Origin: Biomphalaria pfeifferi
Lineage: Eukaryota
DNA: 64,000 nt
Direction: 5' to 3'
Assembly: GCA_030265305.1 (NCBI GenBank)
Contig: JASAOG010000080.1
Location: forward strand, 1,810,630 to 1,874,629
Shown here: in pieces, positions 24,157-37,994 of the stretch
How the letters are laid out: each line of letters begins with the position of its first letter
How positions within the stretch are numbered: position 1 is the stretch's first letter
Position numbers and translations under genes: made by a program
Notes under the pieces: model-generated
The model's database searches: none
What the model saw: the letters and a program-made list of their open reading frames with translations, nothing else
Told to the model about the DNA's origin: nothing

Positions 24157-25870
24157 AAAATGAAATGTTGAGTAATTTAATGTTTCTTATTAAGAACAAG
24201 AATCATAAGTAACAACTATATTACTAGTTTAAGAATCAACTTAAAGTTAATCTTGTTTATATATTTGAATGAGGTTGCAGAATGAATATAACATTTGTAC
24301 CAGGCTTGCATTTGCTTTAGATGGAGTTTTAAAACAAGAAAAACATTTTTAAAGTTTAAAAGACCTCAACATTAAACTTCACATATTATAAAATATTTAA
24401 ATTTTTGGTTCAACTCTGGTATTGAACCCGTCACATCATCAGCTGCTAGAAAATATGCATTACCTTATTCGGCCTGCAGGAAGGCATATTTTTCAATTAT
24501 TTATTGGTATGTTCATTATATGGACATCTAGATCTAACACTAGACCTAAAGTTCTGATTTAGATATCTAGTCTAAATTAGATTTACATAAATTATAAGCA
24601 ATGTTTATTAACTTCAATAAAATTGAAGCAACTTTAAATTTACTGTTATACAGTAATATGGCTGACTATGCCATGTTGGCTAAGACCTAGATGGTCTCCA
24701 GCCAAATATATTTTTGAAAAATTATGTCAAACAAGCTAGTAATACTTTTCTCGGCAAAATACATCAACTGTTAAATTTCTAGGAAAATAAGTCATTTGAG
24801 ATCAGCGTTTAGGATCCATGAAGTTCTGACTTGAATAGAGGTATTGTAAAAATGTAGACATGGTGCTCAATAGGTTTTTGTTGTTACAAATTGTATTAAT
24901 AAATTTAAATCTATCACATGTACAAACTGTTTCACTTTTGTTCATTATTATCTTTTTTCCAAAGTGCAACAAGTGATTACTCAATTACTAAACATATAGT
25001 CTGAAATTGAATACAGACTATAAATGTACAGCTCTGCCAAAGTTTCATTTTTCTTTAAATGTGTTGGAAGTTCACATAACATGTTCAATGAAATTTTTGT
25101 TCAGATATTTAAGCAGCCTAGCCCCATGAATTCAACCCATGTGTTGAGATGTTAGGGCTAAGATTCTTTTTTTCAAAAATATATGAATTTAGAAGAAGAA
25201 AAAAAGCTAGAACCTTGCTCTTTAATATTCATAGCACACACACAAACATACAGCATCTTGACAAATTGATATATTATGATAAACATGTATATTACCTGCT
25301 AAGGCAATTTTTGAAACAAAAGGAAAAAGACAAAGCTGTTATCAAATTATGTTTAATGTAATGTAAGATTAAATATCCAAAATAGAATCTACAGTGGTTC
25401 CATAATTTAGATAACATCAATCACAAAAAAGATGAATTCTAATAATTCTACTTTCAATCATTAAATGTAAGCTCTACAAAAAAAAGTTCTCTAAAGAAAA
25501 ACAGTGATACTTCATAACATTGAAAATAAACTTACATTAAAAAATAAAATTTACAACATATAAATGAACATCATACCCATTTTATAACAAGTTATATCAC
25601 TTATGGAGTAACAGTTGTAAATGGCAGTTGCATATTATCACAATATCACAAATTACACACACAGAGACATATATATATATATGTCTAAATGAAAGCAAAA
25701 TAAAATTCAAAGGTTTACAAAAAAAATGATTTGCCTACAAAAAAGAAAGGGTCTGGCATTAACAGCATACATTTCAGAATAGGTAATGTACAAACACAAT
25801 TTAAATGGGAATGATGTGTGCACTTTTAATTGGTTCTTAATACATCCAGTCATGGTCACTGGAGAATATC

Positions 25871-26020
25871 TTATTCTGTGTCATCATCGTCTGGGTCACG
25901 TCGACGCTTGGCAGGGACGAGTCCTCCAATTAGACCCGAGGCTGTATTGAAAAGGTTGATGGGAGAAGAACCATCCGTAATCAGAGTTGACTTCAGGCCA
26001 AGAGCTTGAAGCATACGAAC
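25871..26020 (-). CDS. MVP: MVP exon 15 (last): [49 protein letters not shown]
   Basis: Acceptor ctttaccag|. TAA stop at 25873-25871. Human [32 protein letters not shown]. Minus-strand ATTAAA (plus tttaat, about 25834) lies shortly downstream. Confidence 0.9.
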   Translation of the reverse strand, partial: VRMLQALGLKSTLITDGSSPINLFNTASGLIGGLVPAKRRRDPDDDDTE

Positions 26021-26693
26021 CTGGTAAAGAGAAACAAATTAGTTTTCAATCATCTAGAATCATCTTTTTCAATAACCAACTAAAACTCATTTTTCCAAAG
26101 CCAAAGGGCCACATCTCCCCCCCTTCCTTTCTAACTAGCTCTAGTTCTAATATCCTTATTAATTGAGCTCTTCTTAAAAAATTCTGACTCAAAATCAATT
26201 ATCTTATCAATTTTAGTCTTATTGTAAGCTTAAACTTGATTACATTTGGTTTATTGTTCAAAGTGAATTTTTAGAAATTTTTAAGGTAAATGTAAACACA
26301 TGGGGGCAGACACATGCAATGGCTAAATGTAGTTTAATTATGACTTTACATTCTGACCATTTTTTTGCATTTTATAAGGCAGTATCAAAAATATAAACAT
26401 GCATGGTGCCATTTTAAAAATTACTGACTAATCAATATGGCGATCTAGTGCAGTTAAGACTTGCAATAACTGACCAGAATTGTTTGTTTTGAAGATTTAC
26501 ACGATAATTTATTGATCAATGTATCAGAAATAAAAAGCAGAGGAAAAAGAAGAACCGCATGATAAGATAAGAATGACTAAAAAAAAAAAAAATTAAACTG
26601 AAAAGGCTGCAACAATTTAAGAAGACAATGGAGTAATTTTAATTTCAAGCATTTTGTACAAGTTGAGCCTGCTGTAAAAATAAATGTACCAAC

Positions 26694-26882
26694 CTGCATG
26701 TCAGGTCCAGCAGTGGCCATAGCAAGCAAAGTATTGGCACCAATGGCACCGACCATCTCTTTGAACTTTGTGATTTCAATAGTGGACATTTCATTGACTT
26801 TCTCCAGCTCCATCTTGTTTTGTTCAGAAACATACTTCAGTTCTGCTTCTCTGGCTCGAGTTAAGCGCTCCAATTCTGACTC
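26694..26882 (-). CDS. MVP: MVP exon 14: ESELERLTRAREAELKYVSEQNKMELEKVNEMSTIEITKFKEMVGAIGANTLLAMATAGPDMQ
   Basis: Acceptor ttgatcaccag|. Donor CAG|gttggt. Human [28 protein letters not shown]. Confidence 0.85.
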
Positions 26883-27132
26883 CTGGTGATCAATGTTTTT
26901 GTGAAAGTTATTTAAACTAAAATACCAATACATTATGTGGCATATATAATTATATACTGTAGTAACTTCTTAAAAAAATGATACTGTTATTCCAAAATGA
27001 TTAAATAGAATACAAAAAAATCATCTAAAATTTAACAAGCCATGTTTTGAAATTTCATTATTCCAAACTGCTAACAGTTTTAAATTGATTAATATTATTT
27101 TTCACATTATTTTGAGATATCTATTAACTTAC

Positions 27133-27376
27133 TGCTTCTATTTTGGTAGCCATAGATTTCAACCTGGCCTGCTCTACAGCCGCTTCACCCTCAATTCTGG
27201 CAGCTTCTGCACGACTCTGTGCCTCAGCCTTAGCCTGACCGGTGCTCTCTACTGCAGCACTGTTGGCTTGGAGTTCCAAAAGTTCTTTTCTGGCTTTCTC
27301 TGCCTCAGCCTCATCAGTAATCTTCTGGCGCTCAAGTCTGCCTTTAGCTTCCTGTTCAAGACGTTCAGCTTCATGT
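27133..27376 (-). CDS. MVP: MVP exon 13 (cap-helix coiled coil): [81 protein letters not shown]
   Basis: Acceptor tgttttag|. Donor GCA|gtaagt. Human [83 protein letters not shown]. Confidence 0.9.
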
Positions 27377-28027
27377 CTAAAACAAAAAATAAATTCACAT
27401 CAAAGTTGTAATACTTTAATGGAGGAGAGGGAGAGTCAATTTTACAATTTACTTTTGTTTTCTAGAATAGAATTTTAAATAAAGGTGGTTAGTCATTTTT
27501 ACTATTTGGTCAGCAGGTAAGTGCAACAACACAGGATACAATGCATTAAATTCCATGCATTTTTTCTTTCATGAAAAGCATAAAAACAAAAAAAGAATCA
27601 GCCAATTATGTCAACAAAAAAACAAATTCATTACAAAAAAAAACATGTTTAATATATTTTGTTTTATGCAATATAAATTTGAACAAAATGTTTTCCAAGT
27701 TAGCACGCCTAAAGGTAATAGTGTTAATACAAATCTGATATGGTCTTTTATTAAGACCAAAATGGCCACCTATAGCATCAAGGATGAAGGGGATCTAAAC
27801 AAATGGTATGAGGGTGGGGCCCAACAAGCATGTCACATAGCTTCTAGAATAGAAACTACATAAACTATTAAGAATTACATGAACTCAATTTCAGTTTCAT
27901 TTTAGTTTTGGCTAACAAGAAATCTAAAATGAAGGTCAGAATTTTAAACATTTCTTAACATTAAACATTGACTTCCAAATACCTGGCAGCATACACAAAA
28001 AAAAAAAAATGTTGGAAACATATGTAC

Positions 28028-28239
28028 CTTGCAGCAGCTTCCTGTGAGTTGGTGGTGATCTCAATAGCCAGCTGTACAGACTTCTGTAAAGCATCCCTTG
28101 TTCTCTGATCTACTGGCTCCACAGACTGGATGTCTATGCTGGTAATGACCAAATTGTTTTGAGGGAAGTGGAATTTATCTTTCACTTTACCATTGGCATC
28201 CAGGCCAAAAACAGAAGCTCTGATAATCTTGGCTGAATT
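28028..28239 (-). CDS. MVP: MVP exon 12: [70 protein letters not shown](R)
   Basis: Acceptor tgatttaaag|. Donor CAAG|gtacat. Human NSARIIRTAVFGF...[45 protein letters not shown]. Confidence 0.9.
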
Positions 28240-29012
28240 CTTTAAATCAAAAGATTAATGATATAGTAACTTGATATAATAGCGAGTGCTATTTAGCATC
28301 ACCCAAAATCCTTCACTTTAAAAAATGTCCAAAATGAAACTTTCACTGGTGAAAGTGTGTGTATCGTATTATCCAATTTTATGTGAATAGGTTAAGTCAG
28401 AATATATGAGTGACCAGAAGTTCATAATAGTTAATTGCATTTTTTTTAGTGTATTCCAAGCACCAACAATGAAAATAACTTGTATAGACAAATGGCAGTC
28501 TACAACTTTGCATCAGATGTGGCAAAATATGCAATTCACAAATGGATATGCATCCTTATTATTATTGTTGTGATGAAGTTAAGTGTATGACAATAACGAG
28601 TTCTTTTGGTGCTAAGGTTAGCAATAGTCACAGCAGGATCCAGACAGTCATGGCAAGAAACTATTTACAATAAACTATATAATATAAAAGCTGCAACAGT
28701 AATATCAATCTGGATTTTCTTGATTTCAAGTTACTGATGTAAAGATCATGTGCCAAGTTTGAGTAAACTATAGTATGAGTGTACAGCTCATTCAACATTT
28801 TGATCTGTGTGTTGAACTACTGTAAGACAAATCCCTTAAGGATAATAAAGATATATTATTGCTACAAGTCCCTTTTACTATTTATTTGATTTCAACATTT
28901 TAATTTTAAAAAAGCTAATAGAATTTTATAATACTTTCATTTCAGTTGTTAACCAAATAGCTAATATAATTTTTTAAATCTGTATCAATTGACCAAGCAA
29001 ATAAAACTCACT

Positions 29013-29154
29013 TTGTGAAAATCATCAAACTGAACCTGAGCTACTGCACCTCGCACTCTAGAAGCAATGGCTTTACATGAATCTCCAGTGAAGTCTGGGA
29101 CACTGAACAACTTAGCTGCTTCTGTTGGTGATCTGTCACCGCATTCAAAATGCC
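29013..29154 (-). CDS. MVP: MVP exon 11: (W)[47 protein letters not shown]
   Basis: Acceptor ttctatgtag|. Donor AAA|gtgagt. Human [48 protein letters not shown]. Confidence 0.9.
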
Positions 29155-29270
29155 TACATAGAATTATGTTTTGTGTCAAAATATGCTCCATAATATGAAG
29201 GGAAAAAATTGATAAAAAATTAGGCTTTTTCTTAAATAACTTATTAATACTGATTTCAATATTTCATACC

Positions 29271-29468
29271 AATTATAAGAAAGTTGAAGTGACAATCTGG
29301 CATGGTCAGCTGTCTCCACTACAATAATATCAGTACAAAAGTCTGGCCCCAACAAAAGGCACAAAGATTTGATCACATTGGGTTTCTTGGGTTTGCCACC
29401 AGACAAACTGAGTTGAGTAAACTGTTCATCAGGACCTAGCATAACTAATTCTGGTCCAAAAATAACTC
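29271..29468 (-). CDS. MVP: MVP exon 10: [65 protein letters not shown](W)
   Basis: Acceptor ccttttgcag|. Donor TTG|gtatga. Human [66 protein letters not shown]. Confidence 0.9.
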
Positions 29469-30045
29469 TGCAAAAGGAAAGGGGAAAATAAAAGAAATTT
29501 AATAATTAATCCGATAAACACACAAAATATAGACCAATTAGAATTCCTCTAATTGGCTTGCGTATTCTTCAAGGGTGCAAGGTGAGTGGAAGAACGAGGA
29601 TCTCAAAAATGACTTTTTCCTATAAATTTAACTGTTAATGTATATCTTTGGGAACAAATACTAGCTATTTGGAAAAGCGCTGGTTTGATCATTATAATTT
29701 TTTAAAATTATCAACTTAAAATTAAATTTGGTCTAGAGATCTATATTTTCAACACAGGTCAGTGGAAATTCCTGCATATATGCAGTAGAAAAATAAAGAC
29801 ATTCAGAACATTTTGTACACTTGTGTAGAAATTATTAGCTGAACCGCAAGAATTAATTTGTGACACTGTTCTTTTTGGGGAACTCTGGAATAAGTCTCAT
29901 TTTCATCTTTCTGGCAAGCATGTGCTACAAACATGTTACAAGGAACTCTGATATTCACAGCTCTATGACAAGTTCAGGCCTGATCATACAGCATAGACAC
30001 AAAACAACAGCCAAGTGAATTTTCACTAGACAACATTCAGCTTAC

Positions 30046-30275
30046 CTGGCTTTCTTTTCTTTGTAGTCATAAATTTGAACTGCTGCATTGTGGGGTACTC
30101 TGTATGATACTACTCTTGTTTTGTCACGAACTTTTGGGCTTCCTTCACTTTTTCTTTCACTTCTCTCTGCTACAGGATCTATGGAGAGCAGGGCTTCAAC
30201 TGTTGGTGGCAATTCTTTAGCCCAGAGCTCTTCATCTTGATTAATCATATATGTTTCTCCTTGAATGGCCCTGAC
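30046..30275 (-). CDS. MVP: MVP exon 9: [76 protein letters not shown](R)
   Basis: Acceptor cttatag|. Donor CCAG|gtaagc. Human [27 protein letters not shown]...[27 protein letters not shown]. Confidence 0.9.
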
Positions 30276-31239
30276 CTATAAGTAGAGCATGTTAACAGCT
30301 TTTTAAAAGATGATACTAATTATTACTGAAGGCGTTCAGCATAGATGCAGACACCTGGGAAACAGAGCATCATGGAGTCACGCTGTGAAAACTGGCGTAC
30401 AGGTTGCTGAGGAAAAGAGAACAGCGCTGGCAGAAGCGCGAGAAAAGAAAAGCCAATAACACTAGCTCCAGCTGGAATAACCTGCCCAGTGTGCAGCCGA
30501 ACATTCTGGGTTCACATAGGTCTCAACAGCCACATGAGGAGGCAGAAAAAACCCAGTGCAAAGTCATCAGCTCCCTGTATGACAAAAGTGGTCATCATCA
30601 AACCACAATAGACAAACTATTATAATATATGCTAATTGTTACACTTTTTAAACATTCATTTTTTTAATACGAAAAACTTTTTTGTAATCAAATTCAAATG
30701 TGCCATGTAATTTCTAAGTGAATGAGTGTCATAAACTGGTTGGCCGCTGAAATCAAGAGTTCAACATACTAACCCAATGGAATTTTATCAATGTTCAACT
30801 TGTGACCTGTTTTTATCAAGCACCAGGAATGATATTGAGCAATCAAAAACATGCAGATATGGTAGATATAACAGATATCCATTTTATGATTATTTTGATA
30901 TCGAAAATGATTACAAATGTGTATACATGAATTGTTCAAATAGGGCATAAAATCTTGAGGGATATGTGCAAAAAGTATAATTTAAAAGAGATATTCTTAT
31001 AAAATTAATACTTAAACTGTACTTTTTGGAAGAACAGCTGAAAATAGCACTTTAAAAAATTTAAATTGTCCCATCTGCTTATGTTTCTTATCAAATATTG
31101 ATAATTTTAGTTGTGTGGAATTCCAAAAAATACAAACCCCATTTATCTAAAGTAACTTTTTTTTTGGGTTAGTTTTTTTGTCCCTTATTGAATGTAATGA
31201 AAATCTGAGTTACATATGTTTGAAAAGAAAATGGCTCAC

Positions 31240-31389
31240 CTTGCCAGTTTTGATGTCTCTGACATATATGCCTTCATTTTCATCTAACGGAATGGCCTGT
31301 CTCTTCAGGACTACTTCAACCTCCACTGGAGGGACATACTCTTTAGGACCACGAATCATCCATCTGTCACCAGGTGACCTAATAGTATC
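31240..31389 (-). CDS. MVP: MVP exon 8: [50 protein letters not shown]
   Basis: Acceptor ttctatgcag|. Donor AAG|gtgagc. Human [45 protein letters not shown]. Confidence 0.9.
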
Positions 31390-31976
31390 CTGCATAGAAT
31401 AGATCATAAAAAAAACATGTATTGTAAGATAGTGAGTGTTACTAAATATTAAAGTAACATAGATAATATCACTAAGACAAAGTTACATAGATAATATCAC
31501 TAAGACAAACAGGAACATCAGGACAGAGGGGAGGTAATAGATTAACAGGCTACTATTATGGATGTGTTGTGAAATAAATACAAACATCTCTGTATTATGT
31601 GTAAATAAAAGTAGGGCAAGTTTATTAAACCATGTTTGCAAAACAAAGTAGAACTATTTTAATCCATTGAATGTATTGCTTGGAGATGGTAAATAAAAAA
31701 GCTATGAGCTAAAAATCAACTTCATTTATTTAGACCATGATTGCTTAACATAATAAACACTTTGAAAATATTAAATTTCCTGTCTGTACATTACAAAAGT
31801 AGAGTCATAGGTAAAAAAAAAATAATAGAGTAACAAGTCAGAATAGATTGAGAACAGACATCTCTAATATGCTGAAGCTGTACTGTAATGAAACCATACA
31901 TGTATACTTCACACACTTAAACAATGATGTGAATGGCACTGAAAGCAAGCTATTATATAACCAAGTATTTATTTAC

Positions 31977-32096
31977 CCCATCAGTAAATGTTTCATTGGC
32001 TCTGAGAATTAAGCCTTCATCTTCTCCCATGATGTAAACATTCTGGATTCCCTTTTCTAGTTTCTCACCAGGCATCAAAAAGAAAGATCTTTCACC
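31977..32096 (-). CDS. MVP: MVP exon 7: [40 protein letters not shown]
   Basis: Acceptor ttgttttcag|. Donor GGG|gtaaat. Human [35 protein letters not shown]. Confidence 0.9.
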
Positions 32097-32250
32097 CTGA
32101 AAACAAAAAAACATGATCATTTTTAAACAAAGCTAATAAAGTAATAAAATTGAGATTAATAATAGTCTTCTATTAAGCCATTAAAATGTCCAATCACAAA
32201 GTAATGCTTATATTTAGGTAACTTGGCAAACAATGTATATGAAATCTTAC

Positions 32251-32361
32251 CTTAACCAACTTTTTCTGTCCCAACTGTGGCTTTCCATGGACATCTACAG
32301 GATCCAAGATCACACAGTACTGACGATTGTTCAAAGTGGTGATGTTCACAACGCCAACCAC
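32251..32361 (-). CDS. MVP: MVP exon 6: [37 protein letters not shown]
   Basis: Acceptor gtttatcag|. Donor AAG|gtaaga. Human [37 protein letters not shown]. Confidence 0.9.
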
Positions 32362-32587
32362 CTGATAAACAAAATAATGTCAACATTCCTATTTTGTATG
32401 AAACCTTTTCTAATGTTTGTTTGAAACACAAAATGAATGTTGTTACAGCTATAAATTCTAGTTTGTGTCCCTTGAACACTTGACAATTTAGAAGTTTAAA
32501 ATTTTAGCTTTTTTCTGCACTAATGTTTCTATCAAAAATAAAATATCAAAAGAGTTTATTTGAAATAGGCCTCCATGTCAATGCAAC

Positions 32588-32775
32588 ATGGAGGCCTATA
32601 TGAGGAAAGCGCAAACAGGGACATCCTCGTATAACTTGGCGTCATATCTTCATGGAGGACCTCAGAACAGTGGACGCCAGGTGGGAGGAGGCTTCAGACA
32701 TTGGCAGATCTTTATGGAGACAGCTTGCCGCCCAATGCGCCGAACAGCACGGGAGGACCTAAGTCTAAGTCAGTT
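32588..32775 (+). mobile_element. RTE-like LINE tail fragment in MVP intron 5
   Basis: ORF ...SYLHGGPQNSGRQVGGGFRHWQIFMETACRPMRRTAREDLSLSQ. Ends ggaggacctaag. Paralogous to 43700-43850. Confidence 0.55.
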
Positions 32776-32843
32776 ATTTGAAATATTCTACAACTGCCAC
32801 ACTAATAATAGACAAATTCTGCTGCTCTATTCCAATCATTTAC

Positions 32844-32969
32844 CTCTTCATACACATTTGGAATGTGTGTTTCTGTATCCTTCATTGTGATCAACCACTC
32901 CTCACCATTTTTCCTCACAACTCCAAAATCATCTTTGAATGTCCTCAGAGCTCTCATGTGTAGAGCTTT
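32844..32969 (-). CDS. MVP: MVP exon 5: [42 protein letters not shown]
   Basis: Acceptor ttgatttcag|. Donor GAG|gtaaat. Human [42 protein letters not shown]. Confidence 0.9.
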
Positions 32970-33933
32970 CTGAAATCAAAAGCATAAAATGATACACTAA
33001 CAAATTTAAGAACAGAAAAAATATTTAAAAATGAAACTGAAAACCATTAAGTTAGTTCTTTTCATCTTTTAAAACAAAGAAAATTTTTCATATTATATGG
33101 ATTTATTTACACACGAGGCAGATATGTTTACCTTTTTCTTAAAACAAATGGCTAATAATGGTTTCATACAGCTAACAAATGACCAAGTTTCTTGCGCCCT
33201 CAAATGTCATGACCCTTGAAATGTTGACATTACAAATCCCAGTTTTTACAACAATATTGAGAACCTTAACTCTTTATCTCTTAACAGACGATACCAATGT
33301 TGATTCCACCAGAATGTGGTAAATTAAAATAATTATGGAGAGAAAGAGTTAAAGTATGGAGGACCCCCCCCCCTCCTTTTGCCAACTTTTGTGTCTAGTC
33401 TGTACTTCAATGTGTGTCCATTTGGAATGAAAATAGATTTTTCAGACATTGATATTTTTAAAAAAATTTTCATTGGACTGAAAATTCAGTACGACTCCAA
33501 TATACAAGAATCAAGTCTAGATGATACTAGAGTGGGAGCTAATAAACTGGACTAAACACCTAAGGTTCAAGTAGCTTCCAACTATCTGATCTGAGGAATG
33601 TAAGTTAAAATGGTGAGGCAGTCCGTTGACAAAACTTTATCAATACTATTCACAACACCAAGTGCCTTTGACAAAAACTGCACTATTTAATTTGTAGATA
33701 AAAGGAGAGCATTACTTTCTCCCTGCAATATAAACTTGCACAAGACAAATAGGAAAGATCATTCCAAATAGTGTTCTATTAATAGTAGCAACAGAAGAAC
33801 AAAAAAATAGAAGATAATTTGAAGCTTGCCTGTGCTACAAAATCTAACATTAAAAATCTAATGTTGAGAGAACAAATTTAAAAGACATGAAGAAACATGT
33901 ATGCTGAAAAAAAACAGAACTATAAATGCTCAC

Positions 33934-34160
33934 CTTCTCAGTCAGGACATAGGCATTCACAACATCCACAACTTCCTCATAGGCACCAGGCAAGTAGGCG
34001 CCAGTCTTTTTTACCAGCCACTCTTCACCTGTTACTCTATCATTGCTGTCCCTGTCTGTGCATTCCTTGCGAGCCCGTAGACGAATGGCTTGATTGGGAC
34101 CAATCACAGTTGCCCGAATGGTTTCCTCTACAACACATTCTTTGCGAGGAATATATGTAC
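33934..34160 (-). CDS. MVP: MVP exon 4: [75 protein letters not shown]
   Basis: Acceptor gtttgttacag|. Donor AAG|gtgagc. Human [48 protein letters not shown]. Confidence 0.9.
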
Positions 34161-35189
34161 CTGTAACAAACAATACACATTTGGTTAAGGTTTTAGTAAT
34201 TTCCTTAAAGATAACATATATTCTTAGGCTACGTACAAAATAATGGGAAATCTTTTTACAAATTTATTTTATGTTCACAAAAAGCTTAGCCATATATTTT
34301 TTATGATAACATGCATTTTAAAATCTTTTTTTCATATTTTAAGAAATATAAAATTGCTAAAATGTAAAGTAAACATTACTCCAGGAGTTTTGTTTTTAAT
34401 AAACATTCATAGACCTTTCTTAAAATTAAGTTTTATGTTCTTTTCATTTTTTTTTTAAATTAAATTATATACAAGTAATAAATATATTTTAAATAAATGC
34501 CTTACATTTAACTTTAATCTCAAAAAGAAAATTACAATTACTATACTTGTAACTTCAGAAAGATATGCATGTGTTTTTTGGGGAGTTTTTTACATTTTTA
34601 TTTATAGCTTAAAAAAAATTTAACTTTATTCTAAACTCTTAGAAGCTATGCTGTGATTTAGTTATAAAATAAAAAATATTTTAACATTTCCAAATAACTA
34701 CAGGAACCTGAATTTTACCTGGTAATAACTGCATCTTTCGCCTTACATTTTTATACCTGCTTATTAGCATTAATCTTAGTAATCTGCACAGCAGCCTCAA
34801 CATAAATATGACAAAGAAAAAAACTGCAGATAACATTATCACAATTGTAAATACAATTGTCATTTCCAAATCAGTTGAAAAAACCTTATTTACTACCACA
34901 ATCGACAAACAAACAGCTCCACAAGTCACAAGGCCAATGTCTATCAAATCTTTTAATAAGCATTTGAGATCACATTTATAAAACTTTTGACAAGCTGCAA
35001 AATACAAAGTCCTGATGAATTTCCTCTCTAGATTCTCTAATTTTATCTGTTTTTGTTCAAGTTTAGTGCTGCTGTTAATGTGCAACAATTTGATCAGCAT
35101 GTTCATGAACTCTGACCCTGAGCGAAAACAAGGTTTGATTAACTTATTGAACTCTGACTCCATTCTATAATTTAGATATGCAGCTGTAC

Positions 35190-35313
35190 CTGGTCCTTCA
35201 AACAGCCATTCATCTCCAGCGGTTCTCTTTTCCCCATTCTCATCTTCAAAATCAAGGATCGCTCGAATCCTTAAAGCTGAGTTTGCAGGCACAACTTTTA
35301 AAGCAGTAACAGG
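35190..35313 (-). CDS. MVP: MVP exon 3: [41 protein letters not shown](G)
   Basis: Acceptor ttaacttttcag|. Donor CCAG|gtacag. Human [26 protein letters not shown]. The rest of the 221-aa ORF-track entry is intronic read-through. Confidence 0.9.
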
Positions 35314-36554
35314 CTGAAAAGTTAAAATAAAAAGAAGACTAAACATAGATATTCAGTGAGAAAATAGCAAGTTTTTAAATGTTATGGACTTGGATTAATA
35401 TCGTTATAACTCTGGTGTGACGTGGATAGTTGTATTTTTAGCAAGCTGATAATTTACACAGGCCAGCGTGAGGAAAACAGTGACAGTCAATCGTGATGAG
35501 TGGCGGTGCAGTGAAGATTCAAGAAATTATTGTGAACACTACCCAAGCCAATCACGTCAGATTTAGTGATGACCAAGAAGGATCAAGGTATATTCCAGCA
35601 GGTTCTTGAAGGCCTTGATACAGCATTACAAAAGTTGCAGTTACAGTCAGCGTTACATGCTGCCAATGTACAGTATTGGCTGTGATTTATATGACATTTA
35701 AGTGTTAAGTTATTAGATGCCCTGAGTTGTCAAGTTCTTTGAGTTGGTAGTGTGTGGTGCAGTTTGCAGGGAGTTTGAATAGTGAGAGCCATTACAATAT
35801 TAATCATAGCATAGACCAATGGGTGGGAAAGAAAAATATTTCTATTATGCCTAGGTTTGTTTTTATTTGTGCATGAAGACAGAAGAACATAACTTGTGCA
35901 TAGTTTTTCCATTTATGATGCACCAATGACTAAGGACTTAAACAGTGCGGCTAAGCACTTTCAAACAAAGTGCTAATATGGAATGTAAGTCAAAAGACAA
36001 GGAAATGCATGTTTTTAATTTCATACATTCTGCTATCATAGCCATGGTTCTATGTCAACTAGCAATATTTTACAACCAGAACACAAGATAATGCACAACA
36101 TTCTTCCATATGATTAGTCTGGAACCAGGAAATCATTTCATTGTACACTCTGCATGACTCCTACCCTAGCATAGTTCACGCAAGAAATTTCATAATAATA
36201 TTAAGTTTGGAATTTTAAAATTTGTTGGTCTGCATCCATTTCCCATGATAAAACATATATATGTATTCATGAATTTTATGGTAAGGGAATTTCAACATAG
36301 CTAGTAGAAAAATATTTTAATGTTTCCATAGTAAATTTGTTTAGAAAGTATTCAAGATAATGAAAACCAAAAATATACAGTATTATTTTTTAAATGGGCT
36401 CAGAGAATGCACAAGTTTAGCATAGCCAATATTGGAATATTAACTGGAGATAAGATCCAACTGGCCCAGTTGAAAACAGTAAGGTATTTAAAAATCTTAG
36501 ATCCTGTACAGCTTAAAGAATATCTGTACAAAGATACAGAAGCACAGTAATTAC

Positions 36555-36750
36555 CTGTTTCAAAACTTCACCAGGGTACAGTGGGAAGGGATCCTGAGTC
36601 AATCTTATTTCTTGATCAGCATGCTGTAGTTTTATCTGGCCCAAATTATCAACAATAATTTTGTTATCCTTGTCACGGCAAACTGGGTTCTCAATTACAC
36701 AGTAGTGACGTGGAGGAACAACCACCATTTTCTCTGGTCCCAAAGTGACC
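36555..36750 (-). CDS. MVP: MVP exon 2: [65 protein letters not shown]
   Basis: Acceptor ttcattgcag|. Donor CAG|gtaatt. Human MVTVPPRHYCTVANPVSRD...[16 protein letters not shown]. Confidence 0.9.
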
Positions 36751-37498
36751 CTGCAATGAACATTTACAATGCTAATATTTTATTTATTTTTTTAAGATTG
36801 TTGAAAAAAGGTGGGAAAAAAATATTCACACCAGCAAGTTTGTTCATGATACACAAACAAAATCTTTAAATATAGTGTTGTAACAATGTCCTGCACTGGC
36901 CAAACAAATCCATGGAGTTAGTTTTCTGCAACTAGAGAAGAAAAGGGGCATCCTTTCACATGCCTGTCAAATGTGTGGATCTGGAACAACACTTGAAGGT
37001 TATTTACTCAATTGTATAAATTAACTATTGGTAATTAATTATTTTGTTTGGTATCTTGAACAAGGGAAAGAAATCATACTTGACAGATAAGTTGTACAAG
37101 TTGAATTAGTCCACTTGAGGACTTAGGACTTTTTTATGCATTTAAGAAACGATCACCAAACTGGTCTGGACAAGTGATAGGATCATAGCACATTGAGAAA
37201 GCTAAAAAACAATTGATAAAAATATTTCTAATCGCACAAATTTATTATGTCTAGATCAATCCTGCATATAATTGCATGACTGATCCAAACTAATTGATAC
37301 AATTACACTCAATATTTAATAAGATTTTTTTTTAAAGTATTTTTTTATTTTCCTTTTTTTTAAAAATGTCCAGTCATGTTATGACATACAAACATGCTCT
37401 GCTTTCTGTTAGACAGTGCGTTCAAGTGAGTGTGTGTTGGTTGTATTATTAGGAGTTTCAAGAATAACTGTATAACTCCTTTTAGGGCACATCAACAC

Positions 37499-37503
37499 TA
37501 TAT

Positions 37504-37550
<47 letters not shown>
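37499..37550. repeat. (TA)n microsatellite in MVP intron 1
   Basis: tatatatatatataatatatatatatat... Confidence 0.95.
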
Positions 37551-37553
<3 letters not shown>

Positions 37554-37994
37554 ATATTAATCCCTAAAACAAATAAAAATTTAAAGGCTAACGGCCAATG
37601 GGATTTAAACTCAATATTCTCAGTCTGTATCACTGAGTATCAGTTTTAATGAGTATAATAATAATGCTTGGCATTCATTGGTAAGTCCAAGCTGAGGATG
37701 AACTGTGTTTCAATAGACACTAAGCATTATGTTTTCCATGTTTCGGATGTTCCTTTAGAATTGAAGATAATTTACTTCCTAGTCCAAACTTCCCATAAGA
37801 TGACAGGGGATGGAAGTGGGCAGGGTTTGAAACCGGGATATCGATAAGTCTGAATGACAGTCCAGCGCACAAACTGCACAACCAGGCAGCATTAAATTGA
37901 AGACCTTATAAGAAAACAAAAAACAGTTAAATATTGTGAATTGTTAATCACACTAAACATTACAAATGAAAATAATAAGGAAAATATCACTTAC

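Noticed and set aside
27085-27478. Plus-strand ORFs of 108 and 78 aa
   Set aside because: Antisense to the alanine/glutamate-rich coiled-coil exon 13 of MVP. Open frames here are a composition artefact.
34681-35346. 221-aa minus ORF, the longest in the track
   Set aside because: Only the portion corresponding to 35190-35313 (MVP exon 3) is coding. The remainder is intron read-through with hydrophobic, low-complexity translation and no homology.
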